NCBI GenBank assembly: GCA_973895155.1
Contig: OZ316896.1
Coordinates: 5,880,166 to 5,944,165, forward strand
DNA from: Marsupella aquatica
Lineage: Eukaryota; Plantae; Marchantiophyta
Length of the DNA: 64,000 nt
Reading direction: 5' to 3'
Shown here: piece by piece, positions 21,354 through 34,126 of the stretch
Layout: each line of letters opens with the position of its first letter
Numbering within the stretch: the stretch's first letter is position 1
Program-made: the position numbers and the translations under genes
The notes under the pieces: generated by a model
The model's database searches: none
The model's input: the letters and a program-made list of their open reading frames with translations, nothing else
What the model was told of the DNA's origin: nothing

Positions 21354-24300
21354 TTTGACAGCAGGGGACAAATCGAGAGCTAGATTGCTTGACTGAGCTT
21401 GAGGAGCCGACGCAAGAGCTCCAGAGCTGAGTTTCAGAGCCGACCGAAGAGACTAGACAACTCACGTAACGAAATTGAAGCGCGAATGATGCCAATTCAA
21501 AAATACGAAGACGCACGTTGTGGAGAAGGTCGAAAACATTATAAAGGGAGGACATAATCGTAACCAATGCATTTGAAGGCCTCGGATCAGCTGATACTGA
21601 CGTCAGATTGGAAGATATCGACGGCCGAGCACTCCCTCCTGGATCGATCCTCCGGAGGCAGGCCGCCATTTCAAAGCGCGAGCGGGCCTTTGTTTATTCG
21701 TTTGCCTCTAAGTTTTGTATTTCTTGCTATTCTCGTTCTGTGTACCACTCTTTCCTGTAACACGTACCACTGTCCATGTGTAATTTGGTAACTTGAAATA
21801 CATCCTAATTAGTGGAATACAAGTTATTGGCTTTTTGGCCTTCTGGCCTTTTTCTTGTTTTTCCTTCATTGGGTTTTTGGCCTGTGGGACCCTGGGATCC
21901 TGTCTCCCGATTGAGCGCCCCCTACTTTTTGGCAATTTAATATATATATTAATACAAGTTATTTATTAGTAACCATCTCTGAAGTTTTTTGCCATTTTCA
22001 TAATCTCTTGCCCAGAAACTCATGCGGATAAGTAACCTTTTTCTATCTTTTTCTGGAAATTAATTAGGTAATATAAAGTAGTTCTGGACTTCTGGGCAAG
22101 AGTTCTAGCCTGAACCCTGAACCCTTCTCACAAAATGATTGGAAAAGATTAGCGGGTCAGATTTCACTCACTTTTTGGCCACATGATTGGAGGCTAGTAA
22201 CCCAGTCCAGACCCGTTAACCAGTACAAAGAAGAATAACACATGTGGTAGTGTATGAATCATAAAATTGGAGTACATACCCCCACTAGCCCGATATCAAC
22301 CCGGGGCCCCTTGGGTTTCATCTGCTCATTTTCAAATGCCCCTACTGTTCTAGGAAACTTGAGCTGATGGTGAAGTTCTGCAAGCTGTCTCTCTATCCCA
22401 GAGCTAAAATTTCAGCTTAAGATGATGCCATTCGAGTTCTCAAAAGGTCAAAATGAGTTATCTTTAAACATTTTTGCGGAAAATATGCAAATTTTAACAC
22501 TGCTATACTATTTTACATATTTCCCCCAACAAATGTGAATTTAAAATCCCATATTGTCATTAAATCATTACCACATTAAATCATTTTAACAGTATCACAT
22601 TAAAATGTCTTAGCCACTATGCTATGGAGAAACTAGTCAGAACTTTTCAATCTCCATACAACGAAGTACTTGTACTTTAGTATTTTATACATTATATACT
22701 GCACAATTTGTACACATCATACTGTCAACACCTATAATAGAGCCTTGCGCCAGTTTATAGAGTGGTTGTCATTCAAATATGTGATGGCGTTTGAGGTGAA
22801 GGAAATCAAAACGGAAAAAATTAAAGGAATAAACAAAAAAAATCAACCCAACCCTCCACTGTCATTGCGAGCCTCCCCTCTAGCCCCACAAAACTTAATT
22901 TTGGAACAGCGGCATGACTCTCCTCTCTTGCTCCATTGGCCGCGCTGCAACCTGTCACCTGTCACCTTGCCCCGGCACCACGCCTCGCTCACTCGCTCCC
23001 TCCCTCCTTGGCCACACCTGGCAACATCTTTTATGGAACAACATATTTTGTGCAACCCAAGGGTATTGAGCTAGTACCAGAATGATATTACGAGGACAAG
23101 CATAGCACCACACCAGACTTTAATGTTAGTTAGTTACTCACTCAAACTATAGTACAACCTTTTTCAAGTCCTGATAACTATTTCTATATCATTCATTAGC
23201 TTTTTCCCTAACAATCTGATATTGTAAAAGTTGTGATTGGATGTCCACAAGACAAAAACTGAAGCATGCTCGAGGATGAACATGCTATATCACATATAGT
23301 TTGAAGAATGTTTTCAAGACATTTCTATTGACATTAAGGAAGCAAGAGACTAACATAAAAAACTTGAGATATGATCGAGCCTGAAAGTCTTCAGATCTAG
23401 CCATTGACTCCAAAAGTTGGAAGTCAGTGAAAGAGTCTCAGGTCCAAGGACTCCCCTATACTGTTTTATAGGGCAAGTGAGGATTCCTCAGTGATTGGAA
23501 TTCCTCACTAATCACTGAATTCCTCACTAATCACTGAATTGGCCCATTCGGGGGTGAATCCAAACATTTAGTTTTTTGGAATGAGGGTTTTTGTTGGTAT
23601 GAAATTTTCTTGATGGATAAAACACCAAGAAACATCATACATGTCCTAAAATGGCTCAAGAAAAGTTCCATTGGGCTTTCATGTTGGGGCCTAAATTTGG
23701 CGTAATCTTCCAAAATTGGCCCTGGATTATTAGCCCGAAGGTTAACCAAATATGCAAACCAACCTCATCTGATCAGATTATTATTTTGTTTTCTTGATTT
23801 GAGCGGTGATTTGAGATATCACTGTTGCCATACAAAGCCCATCTGTAAATCACAGGGCATCTTTCCACTCCATCTAAACATTTTGAACCTATATGTTGAG
23901 ATAAAACCAGACTACATGACATCAAACAAAACCAGTGGACAACATATAATTGATATTGACATACAGATATGTGATTCTCTCCATCTGTGCTACATCCATG
24001 GCCAAGAAAAGAAATACACTATGCACTAACACTGTATATCCATCATAGTCTGACAAGCCACAGTCCTCTCGTCTTTCTCTAATATGAGCACAATAAAGTG
24101 CTCCTGAAGGGTATAGGCACTGTTCATTAGTCTAAAATCAACAACCCTGAATTGTGGTTAAGTTGGGTTCTAGTTAGCCTAACCAGACACTTGAGTTAAG
24201 TATTAACAAATTTCCCCTTAACCCTATTCTTGAGTTAACTGCCTAGCAAGCTTACTCTACTCTTTGGGCTCTCCATATCCACCAAAAATTCTAGAAGGAA

Positions 24301-24469
24301 ATTTGGTCCCAGTTGTAAGTGGCAGCCTATGTATCTAGACTTAACTAGGAGTAAGTAGTAGCTAAACATTGAGCATACTTACTAACTTGTAGCTGTTGTA
24401 AATGATTCACTAACTTTTTATAAAATCTGTAGTGAATTAAAATTCAAGTAAATCATTGTATAGAATCAC

Positions 24470-25560
24470 TCTGGTCAACATATCAGCAAGTCCGGTTGAG
24501 ATTTCCATCAATCTTGAATGACTTAATTTGCTTCTCAAACACTACTTGCCTGAGAAAGATGATACCTGATATCTATGTGTTCATCCTCCCATACACCAAC
24601 TCATTAGCCATAAAATATGAAGCATTATTGATGCTCTCATAATGTAGATTCACACTCTTATGAAATCTCCAAATCCTAGATCAGCACATTCAACCAAATT
24701 GCGTTCTCCATACTCGGCTTCAGGTGGAAATTGAGATACACACTTTTACTCCACATATATCTCCGCAGAAAATTCTAAAAGGTAGCTTCTCTCTTTTCTA
24801 GAGTTAACTATAATTAAATTGTGGCTAACAAACTGTTAGATAAAGCATTGATCTAAAGAAGGTATATTTATATACCAAATTCTACTTACCCTTCCCTATA
24901 AATTAAACCAAGCCTTGTGGCTGCCTCATGAAATCCAATTAATATATATTATGTAATCCATACTAGAATGTTATGACTATATCCACCTACTCCATGCACA
25001 GACCAAACAAACAACAAGAGTCAGAACCAAACACAAACTACTCATTGTTACTAGAGGAGACATTCTTCTTGTACACCCAGGCACTTGCTATCAATGACTT
25101 GTTTTCCTTCTTGTTCTTATTTAGTGAATGCATCTTTTTCGCATGACAATATCTTGGACTATATCCAACTTTGCCTTCTTCAACAAGTTTATCATCTTTT
25201 ATCAACAAATAGCTCCAGAGTCATCATTGTCATCATCCGGATTCACTTTGTTTGAAGGATACCATCTACCATACTTATCAAGATTCTTGTTGGTCGTAGA
25301 AATGAGTTATTAGATGATCATCCTCCATCAGAATAAACTGTCAGTTCTGGTACTTATACTACTTGCACTTGTACAAAGAGCATAATTATCATGCTCAAGC
25401 TCCCCTTCAATCCTATCAGCACTCTGTGTCTCTCTCCCTCCTTAGTTCAATAATGGTCCCTATTGAAGGAAACATCTCTACGGACCATCCGCTTGTACGC
25501 CACGGGGTCCCATAAACTTTTGACATCTGTTTTTGGTTGCCAAGAAAACAAATATGTTAT
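24470..25560 (-). mobile_element. Highly degraded Ty1/Copia pol relic
   Basis: Minus-strand fragments read HIDIRYHL (~24560-24580) and SIST..EAEY (~24705-24740), which are Copia RNase H motifs. Boundaries are approximate. Confidence 0.55.
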
Positions 25561-26997
25561 AGACTACCCATAATTATGCATCTCCACTGGAAATTTTAGA
25601 GGGAAACTCACATATTTTCTGAGAGTTAACTAAGAATTAAGTACTCGCTAGCAAACTGCCTGATGAAGCATTATTTACTATAAGTGACCTCCACCCTTAC
25701 TTTAGAACCTTAGGAATTGTTCCCGCAGAAAAGATCCCTCTTAAATTGGTGGGAAATTTACCTCAAAATACACATGATGTTGTTTACCAAGGACGCATGT
25801 TGACACAATTTTAGCTTGCAAGACTTGCACGTGACAAAGATTCTGATTACACAACACTTTCAATCCTTTCTCTCATGTGCCTAGCTGTGCATGCTACATA
25901 TCTGGTCCTCATCTGATGCAGCAATGTGAACATTGCCAAGAAGAGTTGTGCCCTCAAGAATATACAAATTCCTTGCTTCTTACCTTTCATCACTGTCATA
26001 GAGCCCCAAGAGATAGACCTTCTCCCTGTACTAGTCTAACCTCAACAGCTTTGACCATAGGGTAAGGTAACTATGCTCCACTTGACCTAACCAGGTGTTA
26101 GAGTTAAAAACCAACAATACATAGCAATGAGTGCATACAAGGCCCGCCATCCCTAAGCTGGGTTCCATGTCAGGTTCTATGCCAAGAGTGATGAGTACAG
26201 ATGAGTTGACAGAATGTTTGAGCAGATAATAGTGCTTTTCCAAATGAATGAGGGGTGTACAAATACTAGTGTGGGGCACAATTTTTTGTCACAACCCAGG
26301 TGCACTTCAGGGGATACTCCTTCCTTGTACAGTAGCTGTGCCAATCCCCATTGGCTCTTAAGTCCAAATCATCAGCTGCCAAATCCAAAAATCATGCATT
26401 TTGAATATAAAATATTGACACACTAGAATAAGTCATAGTTATGTACCAAGGGTATCAGAGGGAGTGTTCATACTCCCTGCCACTGTCCAGGGAACTCAGC
26501 CCTCTGATATAGCACCTTCCAATTCATTCGCAGGACCCTGATGATGGCCTTATAAAACCTTGACCTTATAGGTGAATAATTTGGGATTTTTTGAAGCCAA
26601 TACATTGCTGATCCTCGAAAGGAGAGAGGGAGCCATATAAAGGTAGAAATGATCCACAGGGCCTTAGAAGTAATTTGGGACATTTTTTAAGCCAGTACGT
26701 TTTTGATCCTCAAAAGGATAGCAAAAACCGCCATAAGGAGGTACCGGCAAGGTAGGAAAACTACATTATAGCGAGGACATAACTTGATATCAGCATACTT
26801 GACTTTCTTATGGTTGTACTTTGAGGATTCTGCTTGCTCAAGGTTAACGCCTTTCTTATGGCTGTACTTTGACCCACTTTAGTATAAAGGTACAAAGGAT
26901 CCATGGGATTGTGCTTGCTCAAGGTCATAGTGCCTCTAGGTTGTACTTAAAAAACCCATACCTAACATTTGCCCCCAATACTCTTCCCCATGTTTAC

Positions 26998-27333
26998 TTA
27001 AACCACACCTGCCACTATAAAAGCCTCATTCCATGTCTCACTATTCACCATAAAAAGTGGAAACTTAGCACCTATTGTGGAGTACTTGCCCAAATTTTTT
27101 TTTGCAATAAACACCTTTTGTGGAGTTCAAAACCCATTTCTGAACTTGTACTCTTTAGAATGAGAGCACTACTTTTGTGGAGCTCAAAACACATTTTTGA
27201 AATTGTACTCTTTAGAATGAGAGTTACGGGTTGCTACTTTTGTGGAACTCAAAACACATTTCTGAAATTGTACTCTTTAGAATGAGAGCTACAGGTTACC
27301 CATAGCCCTTTATAGGGGCAGGTGTGATTTAAA
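26998..27333. mobile_element. Possible MITE with ~26-bp imperfect TIRs and three internal 56-66 bp repeats
   Basis: TTAAACCACACCTGCCACTATAAAAG pairs with the reverse complement of CTTTATAGGGGCAGGTGTGATTTAA. Internal repeat TTTTGTGGAG.TCAAAAC.CATTT.TGAA.TTGTACTCTTTAGAATGAGAG occurs three times. Confidence 0.5.
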
Positions 27334-27986
27334 ACATTCATTAAAGTTTCAAAATCTACAAGGATGTTCTCAGGCAATCTGCTCGGGGGTAATTTCAATC
27401 TCGTTTGACTACTTAAGCATGCCCGTCATGATGGAAAATACTCAGGCCAGTCAATTTCCAGTCTCAAACTAATGGACAAATGACCACACTCTGAACATAC
27501 AAGAGTCAATTCACGCATACATGCCTCAGGTTCCAAACATGCATCTTGACTCCAAGATCCAATCTAGAACCAGATGGCACGCTTAAGAACCCATAAAGCG
27601 ACATACGCCAGACAATCGATGACATTATTCACCAAGTGGAGAGCTTTCTGCCCCTTCAACAGCTGCACAACTATTCTTATCATATAAGCATAACATATCA
27701 AAGACATTTATGTCTCTGGTTGCAATAGTGAATTACTTCACTTCAATCTCTAGAGAGCACAGACAGGCTCTTATCCAGCAGAATCAGGGCATCTGTTCTG
27801 CTGACCAATGTAAGATATTCTGTTGAGTTGAACCGTATGTTCTCTAGCAATTAGGCAAATGAAATCTATTTACAAAATCATCCTAGTAACACTTTATTTA
27901 CACTATACAGAAGACTTCTCGACCTATACTATCCTTCAGAGAGCTAATGGTTTAAAAAAGCCACCGACTTACAGTCGATGCTATGG

Positions 27987-30708
27987 CTATGCATCCACCT
28001 TAGAGAACAATTCAGACAAAGCACAATAAAGAGGTGCTGCAGCACGAGGCCTTGGAACTGCGCCAAGGAGAATATCAAGAGAAGTCATGCAAGGGTCCCC
28101 ATAAAATCGAGTGTTCATAGATGAGCGTGTAGCGACGACATTGCCTTCAAGTGAACAACCAATAAATGCTCCTGCAGTATAATCATGAAAATAAAAAATA
28201 AGTTAGGTGTTGTTTTGGGGAAACGATAAACCTGTCTCTACTCTCTCTATCTTCTCTTTGATACACTGCCTCTGACTACAAATTGCCGAGGTGGAAACAA
28301 ACTGAGCTATCGAAATAGCGACAGAAAGATTGACGAAAAAAATGCCAGGTATTAGAACTTTACCTTTGCTTCGACTGTACGTATAGCAAGCAGCTGCACC
28401 TCCATCGCCAGCACGAACGTCTGCCTCAGCAGCTCTCCCCACAGGTCCAGCAGCAACACTTAATCCAGCACCAACTGAGAGATGCACTCGCCCACTAAAT
28501 GCTTTAACTGCCTCCTCAGTTCGAAGAACTATAATAAAGTCTGTGAGTTCTCCGCCAGCCTGGAAGATTAAAGGACACCGGCAACATGACATAATGTAAT
28601 TAGTACTTGCCACTACAGAAGCCCAGGATCCCAGAAGATTGAAAGGCTGTAAGAGAGCTCTATTATATAACGAAGGATGGTGAGAATTAAGCCATGCCAA
28701 TAGAAAATCAAGGGTTGCGAGTAATCTAGAAGGAACGATTGGTTGTGCCGATGCAGACGTGATATACCAGAGCTTGTGCAATGATGTGAGCTTGTGCAGA
28801 GATTTCTGCCGGAAAGTATGATCACATTCCACAAGCATGAGATTGATGTGTTGCTGATGGAATATCAATTCAGGTCCTCGTTGCTCATCACACCCAAAAA
28901 GGGACAGACTATTTACCTGAGCACCCCATCCAACACCACAGGACACTATGGCAGATGGTGCAGACCAAGACCCATCCTCATTCCGTGAGACTACCAATCC
29001 GGTCCCAATCTTATAAGTCATCACCAGCCCGGCCTTCAGGATTGTGAGAATAGCCAATCCTTGAGCTCCTTTCAGCACGGCATCAGGAATAGATCTTTCT
29101 GGCTTCAGAAGCCCAATCTGCTTCAAAAGCAATTATTCAGTTAGGCCGTTGCTTAGTGGACTTCACGATGCCATACTGGATCACTGCAAGATCTACGCTG
29201 GATCGAAGCAATTATATATGTACTTCCGAGGTTTAAATAAATTCACACGTGTAAATTAGGCAGACTCCAAATTGTGAGGACCTGAATTTGGACGACATTA
29301 CCTGAAAATAGCTGCGCAATGTGTTTGTTGCCTTGAAAATCTCTTGTTCCATTGACATCCCCAAAGGATTATTGACCCAGGCTCTCATGCAGCTGAAGTC
29401 GGTCACATCATGTAGAGCTATCTGAGCAGCATTGCTGACTCTATCTGCAAGGATCTTCTGCACTGGTTCCAACCTTTCCCAGCAAGTATTACAGACTCTT
29501 TTTGGATCCCTTTCTCGAAACTTCACAGGCAAAAGGCACCTACCAACTGAGCAGCTTCTGCAGAATATTCCGCCACAGAATCTGCAATGGTGCCTCCCAC
29601 AAGTCAATGCCCGAAAACCGGTTCCACAAAGCATACAGGAGAGGGCAGAACTATCGGGCATCCAATCTGGTGGATCCGCTTCAAGAGTTGATCGCATGGC
29701 TCTCACATCAGCATCACTGGATCCGAGTTGCAGTGGAGGGGCACTGGGCCTGTGGAGGTTGCCCCTCCACGTTGTGGTATATGTTCTTGCCAAACCGGAG
29801 CCTTCGTTATACTGAGCTACTCCCATATTAGAGAAACCTGACGAATAATAGTCATCTCTCTGTGCTGTTCGGCCTGAAATTAATGCAAAGAAACCGCTCA
29901 GGACATTCCACATATTAACCTCTGGAGGTCCAACCCGTACTGCCAAATTTGACGACGGATCTGGGAACATATCACCGTAAATGCTTCCTGTTTCAGGTCC
30001 CTCGAAATCTTTGGCACCCTTTGGTGGGATAGACACAGGTATCCAGGGACCTGTTTCTTCTGGGTAGGGGAGGTCATACATGAATCTTTGCTTATGCTTA
30101 TGACCTTTCTCTCCAGTCACTTTCACAATTTGGTTGGAATTGCTCGCAGTAATAGCCCTAAGCTCCTCTGCAGCTCGGGCAGCTGCCGCCGCTGCTTCTG
30201 CACGCTTAATCGCGGCTCGCAACTCTAAATTCGGAGCCAGATTGCTGTCTGCGTCAAATGGTGTGCGGCAAAGTGGACAAACAGGCATATTTGAATGCAT
30301 CTGAACCTGCAGAGGAGAGAACAAGTTAGGACGACAAATTTCCAAACAATTTAACCGGAAGGCTGTCATATCCCCCACTTCTTATCCATGAACAGCCCGC
30401 AATTTCCTGAAACTAGCCTCTTATGTCCGCCGAGGGTTAAAAGTTAATTGGCAATCACGGATCATAAAAAAGAACAACGATCTGGACTGAAGGCTAACCT
30501 GTTGTAAGCATTCTAGGCACCCGTTATGACCGCAGGCAAGTGAAGCAGGGCCACCATAAGTGCCCAGTACTTCCATACACATTGCACATGTTGGTATCTC
30601 ATCACGTTGGACTCCTCTAGGTCGGGCACTTCTGCTGCTCGGGAAATTTTCTTCTTCGATACGGTCCACATGAAATTGGCCACCATAACCATTAAACTCA
30701 TCTTCCAT
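27987..30708 (-). CDS. RING + FYVE + SYLF (Ysc84/SH3YL1-like) protein; exons 30708-30499, 30306-29302, 29117-28917, 28559-28364, 28171-27987
   Basis: RING CAMC..CGHNGCLEC..CPLC, FYVE WMPD..RHHCRFCGGIFC..C..RVC, SYLF GTGLVVSR..WSAPSA..GWGAQ|AGGELTDFIIVL..YTYSRSK|GAFIGCSLEG. All introns are GT-AG and in phase. Confidence 0.93.
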
Positions 30709-31235
30709 GGCGAAAACCCTAAACAGGCCTTATTGTACCCTGCGAGAGAACCAATTCCCCCGCTTTCGCCACAATTCAATCGACCTTATCTTCCACGCAC
30801 GTCAACCTTTCGTTGATAAACTCCATACCCTTAATAGCCTGTCAGCCTGAGCACTCCTGCAACGGTACAAAGTCCTTCGTCAATATCAGCGGTGTTATCA
30901 AGCACGGGCTAGGAACGACCTTTTTTGACAAAATCCACACCACGGAAAGCCTTCGTAATCCTCCAACAGAAAACACACCAAGTCGAGAACGTGCAGAAAA
31001 CGGTGTCGGATTGCGTCCCTATCGCTTGCCGGCTCTTTCTCTCGCTCTCCTTCCCCCGTCCTGCTCTCTCACGCTCTCTCGCTCTCGCTTGATCGTTCGT
31101 TCAAGCTTCACTGCCGCAACTCATACTTTTAACAATCCTATTACTTGGAAAGCCTGCAACAAAACCATCTCCTGAATTCAATTCCTACTGTACCTGGTCG
31201 AGAGCGTGCAGAGAACGATGTTCTGTTGCTTTGCC

Positions 31236-31236
<1 letters not shown>

Positions 31237-31273
<37 letters not shown>
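31237..31273. repeat. (CT)n microsatellite
   Basis: About 18 CT units in the upstream region of the FYVE gene. Confidence 0.9.
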
Positions 31274-31278
<5 letters not shown>

Positions 31279-33568
31279 TCTCCCTCCCTCCCTCGTTCGT
31301 TCGTTCGTTCAACCTTTCCATTCACGAAATCCATTCCTCTCGTCGTATGGGGATAGGTTTCATGGAAACGTGGTTGGAATGGGAGAGTCCCACTCCCGCT
31401 TCGGGTTCAGCAACTTACTGGACGGTACTGTAGTAGAGCATTGGAGTCAGGGTAGTTGGAGTGGGCGAGTGGCATTCGCCCTGCCAATCGTTCCATTGCC
31501 AGGAAATCCGGACTTTTTGGTGTTTAGAAAGTAAGGCTAGGATGGACCACTCTCATGAACCTTGCAACCCTGATGGACCAGGTTGCTGTTAGCTTGAAAA
31601 GTGTGGATTTTTGAAGAAAGAAATAGTGATATCTGACTACAAAAATGGTTTTTATGCAGTCCCTCCGAGCTATGCTGGTCCATACAGGCATTCTGTCAAA
31701 GGGTTAGGTTCATAGGAGCTTCAATTTTGTGGTGTTTGTAAGAGAGATTTCCAGAAAGGAGTGCAAAGAAGGTAAGGCTGGATGGGAACAATCTTTGAAT
31801 ATGCAACTTGGACAGATTGAATTACTTTTAAGGACCAGGAAAGATTGACCACTACAGTAGCACTACAAGAAAATTACTATTTGAGTTCACTGCAACCTTA
31901 AAAGTGGTCCACCTGGGTTATAGTGGTTTGTTTGAATTGTTTGTCAAATGCTGAAGATCATTCCCAGCTTCTCTTTTGGAGTGCAAGACTCACTCTTGTT
32001 TCTTTTTCCTTTTGGGTTTGCAATGAAGTTTTACTGCACTGCAAGCCAAAAGGAGTGCAAGACTCTCTCTCACACTCAGCTCAGGCTCCCAGAGTTTTCA
32101 TTTACCTCAAAAACAGTCAGTCAGAGTTCCTAGATCTGCCTGTGAAAGATTTTAACCAAAATCAGTCTAGTACCAGGTGAATTTAAATGTCACATCTTAC
32201 ATAGCCATATGTGTAAATCTCATTTGAAATATGAGTCTGACTAACTAGCATGGCAATGTCTCATACTTGAGTTTCTTTGTTCTTGTACAGATAAAACTAT
32301 TGCTTCTGAGGCATGTCTGACCCCAAGGTTCTTCAAACCTATAAAAATCACTATGACACCATGGTGGGTGGCCTGGCATTTGAGAGGGCACAATGGTCGG
32401 AGTCTGATATAGAAGCTGCTAATGTCACTTTGTCAATTAGACATCCAGGCATCATCCAAGATGCAGCAAACAAAAAATTACATGATGAGCTTGTACTGGA
32501 GTATTGTGAGCCACTACTGGAGGATTGTGAGGAGGTGCGGGAGGATTCAAGTTTTAGTTATGCCTATTATGAGATGTTATTAAAGGAGACTTTTGATAAA
32601 GTTGAGAGCATTCCTCACTTGAATAGCATTGGAATATAATGGCTGGCTTGCTGAAATTACAGGACAAGGTGTTTTCACTTGGGGCTAGATATGAGTCTGT
32701 ACAATTCAAAAAACTCCACTGCCGAAGATGGCAGATCCACCAGCATTCAAAGCTGTACTTGGGGCTGACCGTAGCTTGAAGAGGAAAGAATCATTTGTAG
32801 ACAAGATGTGGAAGAGGGGAAGGGGCTCAGAAAATTCATAGAGATGCTCCAATTTGCCTTTGGGCAGTGAGTACACAATTGAATACAACTCAAATCTCAT
32901 TCTCATTCAAGATGCACCATCAACCTTCGGGCACGGAGTTGACACAACAGTACAATGCAATTTCTATCCAAGCTTGAATGCAAGATGGAGGCAGTACACA
33001 AGGAAGTCCAAAAATGGTCGGATCACTTTACTGACGCTCAATCCTGATCTGCATCCACGGTCATTCGCTTACACAGCATAAAGCCCAATGCAAATCTTTG
33101 CACATTTCTCACTTGCTGTCAAAGGGAAAGCACAAAGAGAAAGCACCTTCAAATGTAAGTCTCCTGCTCCGTGTAGGGTTACTTACATCCCGGACTGTCA
33201 GTTGAAGAGTTCAAAATTCAAAACTCAGTGAAAGGTAAAAGTAAAAGTAAAAAACATTACACTTCCAGGCAGGGGCAGTGAGCTTGAGAGGTCTGGCCTG
33301 AAAAGTGAATGATGGTGACCAGGAGGGAGCAAAAACAGGGAGCTGCTCTGGTACACTCTGGGGGTGAATGAAGTCTTCATTAATACTCTACTTAATGAGA
33401 TTCCAGGGTTTGGTCTCTCTGAATCTCATAACAAGCCAGTCAGCTGCCCTCAAAGACCATGTTAGTACAATACCACCCAAACTCCATCCATCCTTGTAAA
33501 ATGCCCAAATGTCTTAGAAAGGTATGAATCTACAGCCTGGCTACGCAATTATCTTATTATCCTACAAA

Positions 33569-34126
33569 CAAGCCCAATGCCCGTGCGTTGCACAGATCAT
33601 GTAGCGGCGAGACAAAAATGTCCAGGTGAAACAAAAACCTGAAAGCAAAGAAAAATATTGAGGCAAATTTAGATGTCCAGATGAGGCAAAGGTGTCTAGT
33701 TGAGTCAAAGATGTCGAGGGAAGGAAAAGATGCTAAGGAGAGACAAGAAAATGTAAGTGAGAAAAGGAAGCACCATGTTGCTGAGTCCAAACACAACCGC
33801 ATGAAAGGAGAACATATTTTTTGTTTCAATTTGTTTTCCTCTGTTTTAATTTTAATTTTCTTAAAAAAGAATTTGTATTCAAAGTTTTTCAAAGTTTTCT
33901 AATTTAATATCAATATGTAAATTTAATTGTAAATTAATTTTTCATCTCGGGCAGGCTAAGGGCAGCTCGGACAGAGGCAATTGAGATTGAAGGGGTATGG
34001 ATGGAGTCTGACAGTGCCCAAAAAACCATTTTTTGATGAAGGGCTTGGATTGGTTTACACTTTTTCTGATTTAGTAAAGGACTGTGGACAATTTTGGTGG
34101 GATATATAAAGTATTATAGTAGTAGA
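33569..34126 (-). mobile_element. Non-autonomous Helitron (558 bp)
   Basis: Minus strand starts A|TCTACTACTATAA and ends with hairpin GTGCAACGCAC, then CTTG|T (a CTAG variant). Inserted in an AT dinucleotide, no TSD. Confidence 0.65.
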
